A stretch of 62,367 bases of DNA, the filler included, from Collodictyon triciliatum (taxonomy: Eukaryota): assembly GCA_043381765.1 (NCBI GenBank). It is 7 parts of 6 records of this genome, joined end to end, with 100 filler letters (N's around TTAATTAATTAA, not from the genome) between each part and the next. Parts side by side here need not be neighbours in the genome. Positions count along the whole stretch, not along the records: positions 1 to 10,134 come from JBHJMP010002784.1; positions 10,235 to 20,359 come from JBHJMP010002785.1; 5 more parts are not named here. One strand, 5' to 3'. Shown here piece by piece: positions 1-13,300 of this stretch; position 1 is the first letter of the stretch, and every line of letters begins with the position of its first letter. The position numbers and the translations under genes are program-made. The notes under the pieces are model-generated. The model saw only the letters and a list, made by a program, of their open reading frames with translations. It made no database searches and was not told the origin of the DNA.

Positions 1-1532
1 TTCTCAATGCGGTCAGCATCGAAAAGGAGTCAGGCAAAGTCGACAGCTAATTAGTGTTAAAGTTTGGTTTCTTGACTAGAAGGAAAAAAAGAAGCTTAAA
101 CAAGTGCGAAATACTAGGCGAAATATTATTTTATATGCAAGAACAGCCAAAATAGTAAAACGGAAAAACTAAAACAAAACATGAAGGGATTACTTTGTTG
201 TGAGACAAGTCGATAGACTCTGTGTTCACCCATTCCAACACTTCACTTGTCAGACTCTTAATATGCTCGTAGGGACGAATAATTTCATAAAATTGAACAT
301 CGTCAAGATTGCTTTGTATCAAACCCGGCTCTGCTCTTAGATTCCGGTTCCTGTTTTTGAAGAAAGTCATCGTTTGAACACTGGTGTGGGCTCGCCTATA
401 CGTGGACCTAGGACATGCATAATACATCCATGCGAAACTCTGAAGCCTTTGTAATCTCGAAAAAAATCGTGGCAGTACATCAATCTGATAAAATGCCATT
501 TAAATTTATCATTTATCAATTATTTTTGTATTTATAATCACACATTATCACTTCATGTTTATGGAGACAGTTCCGAAATGAGAGGAGGAAAATGAACGGA
601 GCAAGAAGTAAAGAAAGCTGCAGTAAGAGGAGTGGATATTACGTACATTAGTTTCCGAAATGTCAAGCTGCGTCAGTTTGGACAAACGAGTAATAGAATC
701 AGGAAGAGTTCTAATTGGATTCTGATCAATACGTAACTGTCTCAGCATATTCAGTGCAAAAAACTCGTCTGGAAGCGAGGTCAAGCTACAGCTGCTAATA
801 TTCAGTACCTCGAGAGAAGAGAGGCATGATATCTGTGTGGGTATCGTGCCGCAGGGATTGGAAAGAAAGCATAAATATGTCAATTTGGTCGCATGGAAAA
901 GGCCCTCAGGTATGCACGTAAGGTTGTTATATTCTAGCGAGATTTTTCTCAGATTTGTTAGAAAAGATAGGGTATCGGGCAATCGGGTAATTCCGCTATC
1001 CGGGATACTGAGCCTAGTGCAATTGATAATGTCGCCTGGGTATTCTCCTCCGTCGTATCCTAAGTGAAATGTTTGTATGGACACAAAGTCGTACAGCACT
1101 TGCTTTTCCTTCGTTCGGACGGTCGGCTGTGACACAGAGAATAAAATAAAAAATGGTTAGGTGAAAGGGCTTAGATAGTGGCAGTGAGTTTTAGGAGAAT
1201 AATGGTAAAAGGAAAAAGAGAAAAAAGAGAAAAAGAAGAGAATAGAGAAAAACATAGAAAAACATAGAAAAACAGAGAGAAAAGAGAGAAAAGGGAAAAA
1301 AGGGAAGGGAAAAAAGGGAAGGGAAAAAAGGGAAGAGAAAAAGAGAGAAAAAGAGAGAAAAAGAGAGAAAAAGAGAGAAAAAAGAGAAAAAGAGAGAAAA
1401 AGAGAGAAAAAAAGGGGGGGAAAAGGGAAAGAGAGAAAAAGAGAAAAAGAGAAAAAAAAGGGAAGAGAAAGCACAAAAAAAAAATCTTGTCCTAACCACT
1501 TCTATTCTCGGATCATCTTCATATTGAAACAT
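1..1532 (-). CDS. Multi-exon leucine-rich-repeat protein, 3'-partial (runs off window start)
   Basis: Exons read MFQYEDDPRIEV | PTVRTKEK...LRKISLEYNNLTCIP...LEVLNISSCSLTSLP...LDISETN | IDVLPRFFSRLQRL...IDLSHNK | LSTLPDSFSMLTALR. LxxLxLxxNxLxxLP repeats; GT-AG introns, with a CTAAC branch site at 1156-1160 before the acceptor at 1127-1128. Exon boundaries inferred. Confidence 0.75.
1205..1480. repeat. Purine-rich (GA/A) low-complexity repeat inside intron 1 of the LRR gene
   Basis: Tandem AAAAAGAGAG / AAAAAAGGGAAGGG-type units; accounts for the F/S/L-only ORFs at 1157-1547. Confidence 0.9.
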
Positions 1533-1891
1533 GTTCTCCCGAGTCACCCGGTATTCCTCAGTGTTCTTAGCTACGAGGGAAAAAAAATGAGTTCTTGATG
1601 ATTGTGATTCGCACCTTCCCGCACCTCTGAACTTGCCACAAAAGCAGGCGACTCACCTCGTTGCTGCCTTCTGAGCTGGAGTCCGTTGATTGTTATGCGT
1701 TTGTTGTTGGCAGGTTTTCTCGGCTTCTGGGAAAATAAATATGCGTTGCACAAGAGTCTTTCTTTTCTTCCTTTTACCAATTCCGCAGTAATTCTCTGAA
1801 GATTCGTTAGAATTATTCCTATTTGGATGCGGTTTCACTTATATTCCATGAAATATTGTTCTAATTGGTATGACTACTTTATATCATGTAT

Positions 1892-1955
1892 AGATAATTA
1901 TGCATGTAGCTACACTTTGAATCGAATAAAGGAAAAAAAAGATAATTATGCATGT
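1892..1955 (+). mobile_element. Ultra-short retroposed insert (32 bp, 3' end of a LINE/SINE) with 16-bp target-site duplication
   Basis: AGATAATTATGCATGT (1892-1907 and 1940-1955) flanks AGCTACACTTTGAATCGAATAAAGGAAAAAAA; same core at 5067-5089, 26111-26135 (minus) and 52636-52661. Confidence 0.75.
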
Positions 1956-2829
1956 CATAATTCATAACTTAATACGTTAAAAGTGGATAAATAGGAGAGT
2001 ATGATCTTCATATTAATATATTCCGCTTTTGTATGTATCCGCTCTGTTCCTTCTCTGAATCAGACAAGCCGGCACAAACGGATTGTTGATCAGGTCGGCG
2101 AGAAGTGTTTGTGTGAGCACCACTTTTCTGAGCCAATGTGTTTTATTGGGAGTCTTCTGCGTATCCTGATGGATTGTGATTCTTTTTCCTAATACAACTT
2201 TCATTATTATATTGCTTTCTGAATAGAACAAAGGATTGTATCGCCCAACCGCGACTGGTTCGCACGCAGATCGCTTTTCTTCGATACATGGCCAGGTGGG
2301 TTTGGAGGGTTTTTTTTTATAGGGACTTTTTTCTGCTGTTGCAAAATGATCCATAGCAAAAGTATTTGAATGATTTCCGTTGGACACGATTGTACCATAA
2401 AAACATAAAAACAAAAACAGTATCAAAAACCATAAAAACTATAACAGTGCACAAATAAATAAATAAATAAAAAAAAGATAAACAAAAGCAACAAAAGCAA
2501 GAGTAAAAAAGCAATAACTGAAAATAACAACTAGTAAAATAACATATAGAGTAAGTAGAATAGTCTTTGAACATGAACTAATAGCTCTAATGTTAATTTT
2601 TAACTCCTTCCATTCTCTTAACAACCCTAAAGTAACTCTCATACATACGAACAACGTCTCCTTGCGTTATTACCAGGTCTCATCATTAATTCAATTTTAT
2701 CTGATGTCCTTTCACCGCCCCTATCTCATATAGATATCAAAATCGAGAGTTTTCACCCATTTACCTATTTACCGTTTTCATGAGAACATGTGACCAATCT
2801 TCACTGATCTGTGTGGCTTACCTGCATAA

Positions 2830-4578
2830 TTATGAAGATACGCTGAATGAATATATTCGCTTATAAAATCTATGCTAGGTGTTCCTCATGAAGCACTTAT
2901 GGAATCTCCTTTGTACGGTCTGACAGAAAAGTATCTTGTGGAGCTGCAAAAAAAGGGCCTCCTCAAAATGATGTGCACCCCTCGCCAATCCACACCCAAA
3001 GCCCGCGGAATCATCATACCAATTTTTGAAGATGAATCTCAACTTCACACAGCCCAACAACCAATCCCTCCTTCTATCATAGCAGATCCATCGATTTCTC
3101 ATGATTTCCCAGCTCCATCCTCCGCGCCTGAAGAAAGTCAGCATATCATCCGCTCAAGCTCGTCTGTCTCACGTGAAAAAATGAAAGGATCATCTGCACT
3201 CTAATGGAATTAGAAATGAATCAGATCTAGCATCAGTACCCTCTGATATACCGAATTCGTCTCAAAACCCGGATAACTCAGGGCCGCTTGGACACACTTC
3301 ACTGCTATCACTCACAAACCCACCCACAATAAACGCAGTTAGTGCAGTACAACCATCCAAAAGCTTTAATACAGGAAACCTACTCGTGACATCAAAACAA
3401 CCAATGGTGAATACACTCCCGGCAAATCCATTCAGCTCCTCACCACCAACGGCGATTGCACCCTCAGCTAATCCATTCGGCTCCTCGCAACCAACAGTGA
3501 GCGCACTCCCAGCAAACCCTTTTAGCTCCTCGCAACCAATGGTGAATACACACCCAACAAATCCATTCTGCTCCTCACTACCAACAGTGATTGCACACCA
3601 GGTAAATCCATTCGGCTCCTCGCAACCAACAGTGAGTGCACTCCCAGCAGACCCTTTGAGCTCCTCGCAACCAATGACGGCCCCAACTGTAACAAACCTA
3701 TTTGGTGTGCCGCAACCGATGGCGATTGCACCCTCAGCTAATCCATTCGGCTCCTCACAACCAATGGTGAATACACACCCAGCAAATCCATTCGGCTCCT
3801 CGCAACCAATTATGAATTCACACCCGGCAAATCCATTCGGCTCCTCGCAACCAACAGTGAGTGCACTCCCAGCAAATCCATTCGGCTCCTCGCAACCAAT
3901 GGTGAATACACACCCAACAAATCCATTCGGCTCCTTGCAACCAATGACGACTCCAAGAAGCCTATTTGGTGTACCACATCCGATGAACTCAACTGTATCA
4001 AGAATGTTTGGACGGCCGCAGTCATTGACCAACAGAGGTATGATAAATCAATAAATACTCTGGCTATATTTAAGCACTCTACAAATGCACAAACGCTCTT
4101 TTTTTTATATATCTAATTTCGAAGTCGTGTATCCATAGACTTACTTAGCGACTCATCCAATCAAGATGCTGCTGATAAGTCTGATACTTCAAACGAGGGA
4201 ATTCCTCCAAGTGCAGTTACATCTCAAAATGCAGTGGTAGGGCTCAAGGTACGAAGAGGAAGGGATTGGAATCATGGAAACGAAGATGGAGGGGCGGATA
4301 AAACCGGAGTCCTCATTAGGCAAAATACTCTCTCACAAACATGGGTCGTTCGTTGGGAGAATGACGAATCAGAACGCCACTATAGCATTGGTCACGACAA
4401 CATTTACCCCCTTGATGTTGTAGACGGTCCCATAGAACCCGAAGATACTGAGACACAGGTTTACTTTTTAACTTTTTTTTTTCACAACTCTGCCAAAAAG
4501 GGGCGTTTTCCTAAAATTCCTCGTGGTTTTTTCAACTAAAAAATAATGTAATTTGTCAAGTTTTTATTTTAGGAATAA
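2830..4578 (+). pseudogene. NPF-repeat + MIB/HERC2-domain gene, apparently frameshifted
   Basis: Tandem ANPFGSSQP repeats (about 3400-3960). Intron 4038-4138 joins in frame to VVGLKVRRGRDWNHGNEDGG (MIB/HERC2 signature). Last exon GAA TAA at 4573-4578. Frame breaks near 2862 and 3185; 5' end not resolved. Confidence 0.55.
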
Positions 4579-5356
4579 GGGGCGAAAACTAGATAATAGT
4601 GTAACTTAAAAGCGAAAACAAACGAAAAACAACAATAATTTTTTTTTAAAAAAAAAACTCACTAAACAAACCGTTTACGTATTCTTTCTTTTACTTTATT
4701 CTGGACTGGCATGGCTCGGTGGATATGGAAATAGTCTGACACTGTACTTTCCGAGGTGAAATATTTCATGAGCAATATTATCCATATCCCACTTACGAAT
4801 TCTATGCAAATTTAAAGCTACCTTTGCTCTATCTTTATTTCACATTACGGATGTATACTCTTATTTATCAAGGGAGAATCATTTGTAATAGATACTTGGC
4901 CGTATGGAAAGAAGTTTTGGGGTCTAAGCTGCACCTCACACCGAAGTCATCACAATTCGAAGCCAGAAGAATAAATGACACATTACCAATATTATTGATA
5001 ATCGCCCACCTTCGTACATGGGCACCTACTCTAATAATATAATGTCCTCTTAAAAAAAACTAATCCCTTGAATCGAACAAAGGAAAAAATAATAACCTCC
5101 CCAACCCTTACAAAATTCTCTGTATAATTCTTCAGAAAACTAGGATGATGAATGATTGTGCCATGCAAGGGAATGATGACGACGTTTTTCGTTGCGATAT
5201 CACCTTCAAAACTAAATTGGCCCTTTCAATCAGACAATTGCTTTGTAAAAAAAGAAAAGAAACAAAAAAAAAAATTACAAATGGCGCAAGGATAAAGAAA
5301 AGAAAGGGCAATTATTCAACCTGAATCGCTCCCCCTCTGTTGTTGTATAGGGAACC

Positions 5357-6124
5357 ATGGGAAACAAGCTGACCTATGAACAGAATGAACTCCTGGAGGA
5401 CATTGAGCATCTTGGAACTGCCTGGTCACCAAAGTCGCTCCTGCAAAGTACATGGATAAACTTGTCGTGGAAAAATATGTCCTCGCGTCCCTCTGGAGTT
5501 ACGCTTCTGACAAAGCTGAATGAACTGCACCTCTTTCACAGCCAAATCACCACGCTTCCAAGGGGTATCAGCGCTGGAGAACTTGAATGTACTTAGCCTG
5601 AGCAATAATCAAATCGAAACCATACCCCCCGAAGTATCCCTGCTTACCAGACTGACATACATGGACTTGTACGGAAATCCTGTGAGCGATAGCAAGCTGC
5701 CTCGTTGTTTCTTTTCTATCCTACATCCCTAATGAGTGCAATTTGAAAGCTTTTTTTTTATTCTTCCTTTTAATTTTGTGCAGGGTGGTGGAGATGTTGG
5801 CTTTGGTTTGCAGTTTGAAAGCTTAGAAATAATGAAAAGCGCATCTTTTTCTATCTCATGAAACTGTATCATCTTCATGTCTAAATGCATTCCCTTCTGT
5901 TTACAGATACAAGAACTTCCCCTCTGGTTTACGTCGCTGCGATTAATGAGAGTCCTCAAGATTGAACACAAAGGGGTGATAGGAATAAGACAGGCGCCTC
6001 GTGGAATTACTGAGCTGCCTGTTGGTCGTGCAAGGAGCATTTAACCGACTGCGCTCTGACAATATCTGATGCATTGCATGATTTACATCTTATCGGCCAT
6101 GCCTCCTTTAAGATTAAGGAATAA
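5357..6124 (+). pseudogene. Two-exon LRR cassette pseudogene, paralogous to the LRR region of the Roco gene
   Basis: MGNKLT...LEDIEHLGTAW...LTKLNELHLFHSQITTLPRG / frameshift ~5568 / SALENLNVLSLSNNQIETIP...YGNP | intron 5682-5906 | IQELPLWFTSLRLMRVLKIEHKGVIGIRQAPRGITELP / frameshift ~6021 / WSCKEHLTDCALTISDALHDLHL. Confidence 0.75.
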
Positions 6125-6403
6125 TCATCAAAAATATCCAACAGCCTAATATAAAACTTGCCGCGTTTTCCTTTGGTATAAGATTGTTTCGACTTTTTTC
6201 TCCCTGTCATCTTTGTTTTTATCATATTTAAGATATTTCAAATAATCGGTATCAAATGAAAGCAATGATAAAAATAAAAAAAATTGGACAGCAAACAACA
6301 ATTTCAGCCAATTCAGTTCCATGAACTATTCTCTTCCCTTCCTTTATCTTGTATTCTGCTTTAGAGGAAAATATCTCTGTTGCGTTGTTCTTGCAGGAAA
6401 TGG

Positions 6404-9400
6404 CTAATTAAACGCATCAATGTCGAGTAAATCCTTGAAGCTTGGACGATTCTTTGGCTCTGCATGCCAACACTTTTGCATCACGGAGACCCACGATTGA
6501 TTCATGCCGCCTCTTATTTCAGGTCGCAACCCATTCATCACGTTGCGCTGCAGAGTCATCGCATCCATCCCGTGGTATGGAGAATCTCTTGCTTCAATTT
6601 CCCACAAAATTATTGCGAAGCTGTAAACATCGGCTTTTTCATCGTATCGTTTTCCTTGCATGACCTTGGCATAAAAAAAATACATGTAAATAAATTACGA
6701 ATAATCGAACATTTTCCTTTTCTCCTTCATGAATTGCAACATAAATCATCTGTTGCAAGTAATTTTGTACATACCTCTGGCGCTATATATGACAAAGAAC
6801 CGCACTTTGTCATCGTTCGGTTATTCGCTTTGACTCGAGCAAACCCAAAGTCACATATCTTAGCCTCGAAATCAGCAGTTACCTTTTTAATTTACAATAA
6901 AAGTAATTAATTCAAATATACCTCTCCTTCATGAATAAGCCTTGATCTTATAATTTTGAGTACAATCAGATGGCGAATACATACCAATATATTCGCAGCC
7001 TTCAGATCCCTATGTAGAATGATTGGTGACGATGAATGGAGATAGCACATTCCCTCCACGATTCCTTTGGTGAGTCGTTTCCTGCAAGTAATCATTCGTT
7101 AATTATTTAATATGATAAATAAGAATTTCAATATTGCCATACTTTTCTGAAGGCCCAATCTGAATTGAAGTATTTCTGAGTATCTGAAATAAATTTCCAA
7201 AGTCAACTAGTTCCATGATAATAGCGAGGTTTGGTATGTCTGTGCACGCCGCGATGAAGCGAACGATGTTTTTGTGCTCTAATTTCCTAGGTTATTTTGA
7301 ATATTTATTTGTGTATACGCATTTTTGTTAAGTAATCACACCATCAATTATTTTATTACAAATTTATCGATGACGTTGTGAAAACCTTATCAAAGTCACT
7401 TCTGATAAAAGTAAAACAAGATTTTCATCTCTTTGGTTCATTATTTTTTTTACAGCCACCTGCATCCCCTGATAATGTTTATATTATCAATATCTTAAAA
7501 AGGGATTTATTTAGTGTAAGTAGTGTCCAAAAATCATATATGTATTTTTCTGATGAAATTAATAACGTTAACCTTGTATTTACCAGTAAACACTGAACCA
7601 TAAGAACCTGTTCCGATTGCTTTTTTTTCCATGACTATTTCGCTTAAATCTATCTCCCAGCCCATTCGTTCTCTAAGTCGTTTATTCCTTATGGTATCCA
7701 TATCCATTTTATCTTCATTTTCATCTATTCCAGTTTCATGTGGATTAGAAAGACCCTTCTGCATGTCATGCACCAGGGATATGTCAGTAACTGTGTCTTC
7801 GTCTATGAAAGCGACCACCTACAGTCACATGATTTTCATTTTGCTTAAATCTAACGCTCAATTTTGATAACTGAACCGCATAAAATTAAGGTCATCTCTA
7901 AATTCATTATAATAGGTTATTAGATTATCTATGAACCGCTCACAGATTTATTTCTCGAGGACATAGTGTGCCTGACTTCTTTCGAAAAAAAGTCGCCTCT
8001 TTTCTCTAGTTTCTTGGGATACACCTAGAAATTGGTTATCAGGACTCATAAATCGAGATAGTAGACTAAATTTAAACTGGATGAACACCATACTGGTGTG
8101 AAAGACTACCTCATACAGATGACTTTGAGCATCTATAAAGCTTCTGTTCGATAAAAGCCGAATAATATTCTGTATTTCTAGAATACGCAATCTATCCTCT
8201 AGTTCCTGATAATATAAAAAGGACATTCGAAAACAAAAGTTTGGAGTAAAGTGAAATTAGCGTTTTAACTAAGATTGTATATTATTGTGGGGTGGATAAT
8301 TTTAATATTTGTTTGAATCACTTGGAAATGTATAAAATAAAATTGATTAATCAAGACAATCGCAACCTTAATTGTGTTGTCGGTGATAATAATTTGGCCT
8401 CCGTGAGCAAATTTTCTAAGTTTGATTGCACTCGATAAAATCTAGATGTCAATTGTCTCTTCTTAACTATACAAAATGGTGTCGATAACTTTATCTAAAC
8501 ATGAATAATAAATTGTTATAAATATGTGATTTTGAACAAACTTTCCCGTGATAAATTCTTCGAGAAGTGTAGTCATCATATTTTGATTCACAAATGCCAT
8601 AGTCAACCCCCTATTTCAGCTGTTAGAATTCTCAAATATTAAACAAAACAAGTATCCTTTTTTTTTTAAAAAAAATTCTACCATTTGAACCCGAACTCCT
8701 TTCAAATCACCACATGCAGCAGTTTCAGTATACTTATTTGTCAGGAGTTCTGGTGGCCATTCTGCTTCATTCAAGAGGGTTTGTGAATCGCAACAAAATC
8801 TAGTAGAATTTTTTTTCAAAAAAGAAAAATTTTATTTCAAAAATAAAAAATAAAATATAAGTAAAAAAGATTATGGAATGAATTACTATCATGATGTATT
8901 ATGGAATTCATATTATACTTTAATGCCTGGAAAGCTTCTTGAAAAACTATCACAAAATATTCTCCATCATTCTGACTGATGTATCCGTGATACCTTGTAG
9001 ACATCTAATAGGATTTAATTTTAGAAACTCCTCTCACAAACGATTACGTTTGAATTAAAATTCATGATAGAATTTCAGTTACATCTTTAATTATAGAGTT
9101 GTGTATCATCACGGCATCTCCCATGGACTCTGGGATATTCTCCCACATGCTTTCAGATCCGTATATACGAGTGCAAACAATAGCGACACTACCTTCTGGA
9201 TATTCATCATGTTCTCCATCCAAAATTCTCTGAAGACATATACATGATTCACATTAAATTTTGAAAACTTTTATCATCATTTTGTGTATAACTTATACGT
9301 GGAATGACGATTTTGAGGACATGCGAGACGTTTCGATCAGAGCCTAAGTGGTGCATCAGAATAATGTTATTCATAATGTTTTATAATACCATTTTATGTA

Positions 9401-10134
9401 TATTTCTTTTATTCAAAGACTCACGCTTATTTTCTTTGATGCCCCCATAAATGTGATTCTATCTTTTGGGTCTTGGGCCCACAATGAATGTATCAAAGAT
9501 TTTACATCCTCTGGTGTGTTTGTAGGCATTTCTGGTCGAAGTTTTTGTTCTTTGACCAAAAAGGTAACGGCAAGGACGTTTTGAATTTCATAATAGGGGT
9601 CTTTCCTTGAAATTATTTCCCAAGCAATTATGCCGAAGCTGTACACGTCTGACTTCAGGGTATATTCTTCTCCGCCAATTACCTCTGGTGCAAGCCACAG
9701 CAAACTCCCAATATGCTCTTCTATGTTTTCAGCTCCTTGAATTGTTGTCAACCCAAAGTCGCTTTATATTAAACCATTTAGTTAGGTATTTGAAAAAACC
9801 TTTCAGAGTTATTGTAAACAAAATTCAAGAAATAGCTTTACCTAACTTTTAGTTTGTTTCTATCATCCACCTTATATCAGGACAAAAATATTATTTAGTA
9901 TTTACAGCAAATAACCCAAAATTCAATCTTCAAAGAAAAATTTATGTTCCTCACCAAAATGTTTAAACTCTTAAGGTCTCTATGGACAATAGGCGGGTTC
10001 GACATATGAAGATATTTCATTCCTAGGATTTTTTTTAACTTTAAAAAAAGTAGGAGACTGCTTCAAGTTTATGAAATAAAAAAAAGCCCACCTTTGGCAA
10101 TATCAGACATGAATTGGAGTCTCTGGAAAAACGG
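6404..10134 (-). CDS. Dual TKL kinase with intervening degenerate class III nucleotide cyclase domain (kinase-cyclase-kinase), 5'-partial, many introns
   Basis: Kinase 1: VHRDLKSLNIL, DFG, LLWLAPE, KSDVYSFG. Cyclase-like: PEGSVAIVCTRIYGSESMWE..HN, WPPELL, KGVRVQM, AHGGQII. Kinase 2: IGTGSYGSVF, LHRDLKAANIL, CDFGFAR, YIAPE, KADVYSF. Stop at 6404. Confidence 0.88.
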
Positions 10135-10234
10135 NNNNNNNNNNNNNNNNNNNNNNNNNNNNNNNNNNNNNNNNNNNNTTAATTAATTAANNNNNNNNNN
10201 NNNNNNNNNNNNNNNNNNNNNNNNNNNNNNNNNN
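10135..10234. other. Artificial contig spacer (N44-TTAATTAATTAA-N44); repeated at 20360-20459, 30586-30685, 39532-39631, 48012-48111, 58232-58331
   Basis: Identical 100-nt spacer with a six-frame stop linker; neighbouring genes are truncated at it and many contig ends are microsatellites. Confidence 0.98.
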
Positions 10235-10362
10235 AAAATAAAATAAAATAAAATAAAATAAAATAAAATAAAATAAAATAAAATAAAATAAAATAAAATA
10301 AAATAAAATAAAATAAAATAAAATAAAATAAAAGCATATTGTATTATGAAGGGTGATAATTT

Positions 10363-13300
10363 TACTTGATTGTGGAGCCTCCTGCCCTTTTTTCAAAGAC
10401 GGCCTTCTCCTGTGTAAACAGTTTAGGTACGTGCTTGCCATGGCGAAGCATGGAGTCTGGGAACGGTCCTGTGATGTAAAGGCATATCGACAAAAGATTT
10501 AGAACTAATTCTGCAATCGCCACACATACGACATATAAGTCTATGAACAAAAAGATGTCCGCTTTTCAATAATATTAAGAGCCGTCAATCGAGGTTAATA
10601 TACTGTTTTCGTCTCTTGGGCACAGAAATAATGCCATTAAAATGGTACCAAAGATTGAAATCATGCGTGCGAGCAAAGCTTGAATGGAGTTATTTTGGAG
10701 AAGCACATTTCCAGTGAAGAGCTCAGGAATAATGCAACCAAGGGACCACAAGTCTATCTTCCGTCCATACGGACACCCAAGAATAACCTGGAAAGAATGA
10801 CCGCGGCAAGACAACGAATAAAGTCAGCTAAATCGCATGCGCATGAGTCTAGTCAGATGATGGCCTTCCTGTCTCCCATACGTAGAGTTGGCATCCCATT
10901 TTCAAGAGAGAGGGAAATAAAATACCTCCGGTGCTCGATACGATCGTGATTGGACATATGATGTGTGGTGGTCGTTGAGGAAGCAGCTCGAGCCGAAATC
11001 AATCAGCTTCACTTGGCAACTGGAATGCAAATTTTAAATGATATATCTCGTAATGGCACGTATATATATATATATTTGGAACAGGTAAAAGGAAAAATCA
11101 ACGATGATAAAGAAAATAATAATGCGACTGACCGGCTGACGCTTCGTATTAGAATATTCTCTGGCTTTAAATCGCAATGGATGAGGCGGTGATTGTGGAC
11201 GAATGCGAGGGAACGAAGGATTTGTCTTTGTATGAATGTTTTTTTTTTGTTGAAAATGAAAGAAACAGTTTAGTAGGGCGTAAGTTCTCCCGACGGCTTC
11301 GTTTCTCGTTAAAAATAGCAATAAAATTTCTCCATTCAACTATAATTGAGCCGTTGTTCATGTGCAAGAATAGAATAACCTTGTAATGCGTCGAAGTCGA
11401 GGTTCAGTAAAGTAATTGGGAAATCCGTTTTCATAGTTGTACTTGAAAAATTCATACAGGTTCAATTTAAGCAACTCCAACACCAAAAACATATGCTCCT
11501 TGAAGTAGAAGAAATCTGTATGCGGCAAACATATTTATAAAATAAGAAACACAATAATTGTATATTCCCTGATTTTTTTCATCTAGAAAAAAGCATGATT
11601 TCAGTATACATTCCTGAACGGATTCCCGCTATCTGAATTTAAAAACTTGTGCACCCCATTTAGCTTAATCAAAACTTTACCAAGCAGGCGTACCACACCG
11701 TATGCATCATCCGGGTCATTCGCATTCAGCATGGTAAGAAGTTTGACTTCATCAAAGCTTTGATCAATAAAGCTCTTTTTGTTGCGGATAATCTTGAGAC
11801 AGACCTTTTCATGATTTTTTAATTAAGTCATTTTTACTCAATTCTGCTGAACCTACTATTTTATGAAGCGGAGAATGCGTTTTTACTTATGAAAATAACC
11901 ATCTTTGCGATATGGATAAATGCAATAGTTGAAAGGGTAAAATAAAAACCCAGGCTCCAGTCTTCAGATCCAAACAACGCACGGCCTTGGAAAAAGCAGC
12001 CGAGCCCAGATATTCCAATATTTGATATCTTCCGGCTACTATATCGCCCATCACAATCTGGAAGTCCTCACTAGCCTCAAAACCAGTTTTCTCCTTTTCA
12101 TAGACAATCTACAAAGCATGGATAATACAATAAATAGATATATATATATATATAATTACTTTGTTAAATAAATGTGCGAATGAACACTTAAAAATAATAA
12201 ACAGCGTGACGATATAATTTGATAAAGTAATAACCCGAAGCGGGAAATAGCTATGGTTCTGCTGATAAAGCTTTTGAACTCGGCTTCTATCCTCTTGCTC
12301 TGCATCGACAAGGTTAACAGACGTGGCGACAGAGTAGAGCTTTTCCTTCAGATAGAATCTATCTTCAATCTCCTTCTCGCTGATGTCTGCACATGGAACG
12401 CCAGAGTCGAAGGACATTTCCTCTGTGGCATGCCCGGGTCCCTTTTCCTCCTCCTCATCGTTGTCATCGCTTTCCACGCCGATGATGTCGTCCATGGAAA
12501 GGCTCTGTAGGCCCGTTGCCCCGGCTGATTCAAACATTTGCAGCACGAGTGAATGTTACAATAAACTATATTTTGGAAGGACAAACTGGAAGTACATCAA
12601 TTGATACAAAAAGTATCTATCGGTAGAGATAGTAGAATCAATTACGATTTCCGTTGAAGCGAATGACACGATATCCAGAGTCTGCATCACTTTTCCATTC
12701 GTTGATATCTTTTGAGATTTTACAGATAATTCAATTTTGTTGACTTTTGAAAACATATTTTACAGATGAGAGGATAGATACAACTAAAGGATTGATCAAA
12801 GAAAAGGAGGACGTGTTCCTTGGAGTGCCAGATAGAATTCTCGATGAGATCACAATATTAATGAATATTCTACCGTATTCCTCAGGCGGGATGTAAAACG
12901 GGAGGTCCGCTGTATAAGAATGAAACATGAAATTGTAAAAATTGAAAAATTGAAAAAATGGTTGGCAACTGTAAAGATAGCTCAGAAAGCAATAATGGCC
13001 ATATTTGAAAGCTAAATCATAGTGATTAATAGAGCTCTTGACATGTACCTGGGGATACCCTATGAATTTGAAGCCGGGATTGTTAATCAGTCACAGCATG
13101 TTAAAAAAAATTTTTTTTTTGGGCTCTGAATAGGTCTAAAAAAACTCTACAAGAATAAGAAAAAAAAGAATGATTCAAATTTGACGTTCAGCGGAATTCT
13201 TTTTCGTTTCAATAATATACAAACTTGGTGGGAGGCACGGATGGTGCAGTGGCACTGTCGACCTCTCCTACAGCAGAAACGTAAAAGCAAAATTAAAACG

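Noticed and set aside
3262-4032. 256-aa minus-strand GCEEPNGF repeat ORF
   Set aside because: Reverse complement of the NPF repeat; the plus strand splices in frame to a recognisable MIB/HERC2 domain.
10179-10190. Recurrent TTAATTAATTAA palindrome as a biological repeat or insertion site
   Set aside because: Always centred in N44 blocks; an artificial six-frame-stop linker. Adjacency across it, including virus next to host genes, carries no information.
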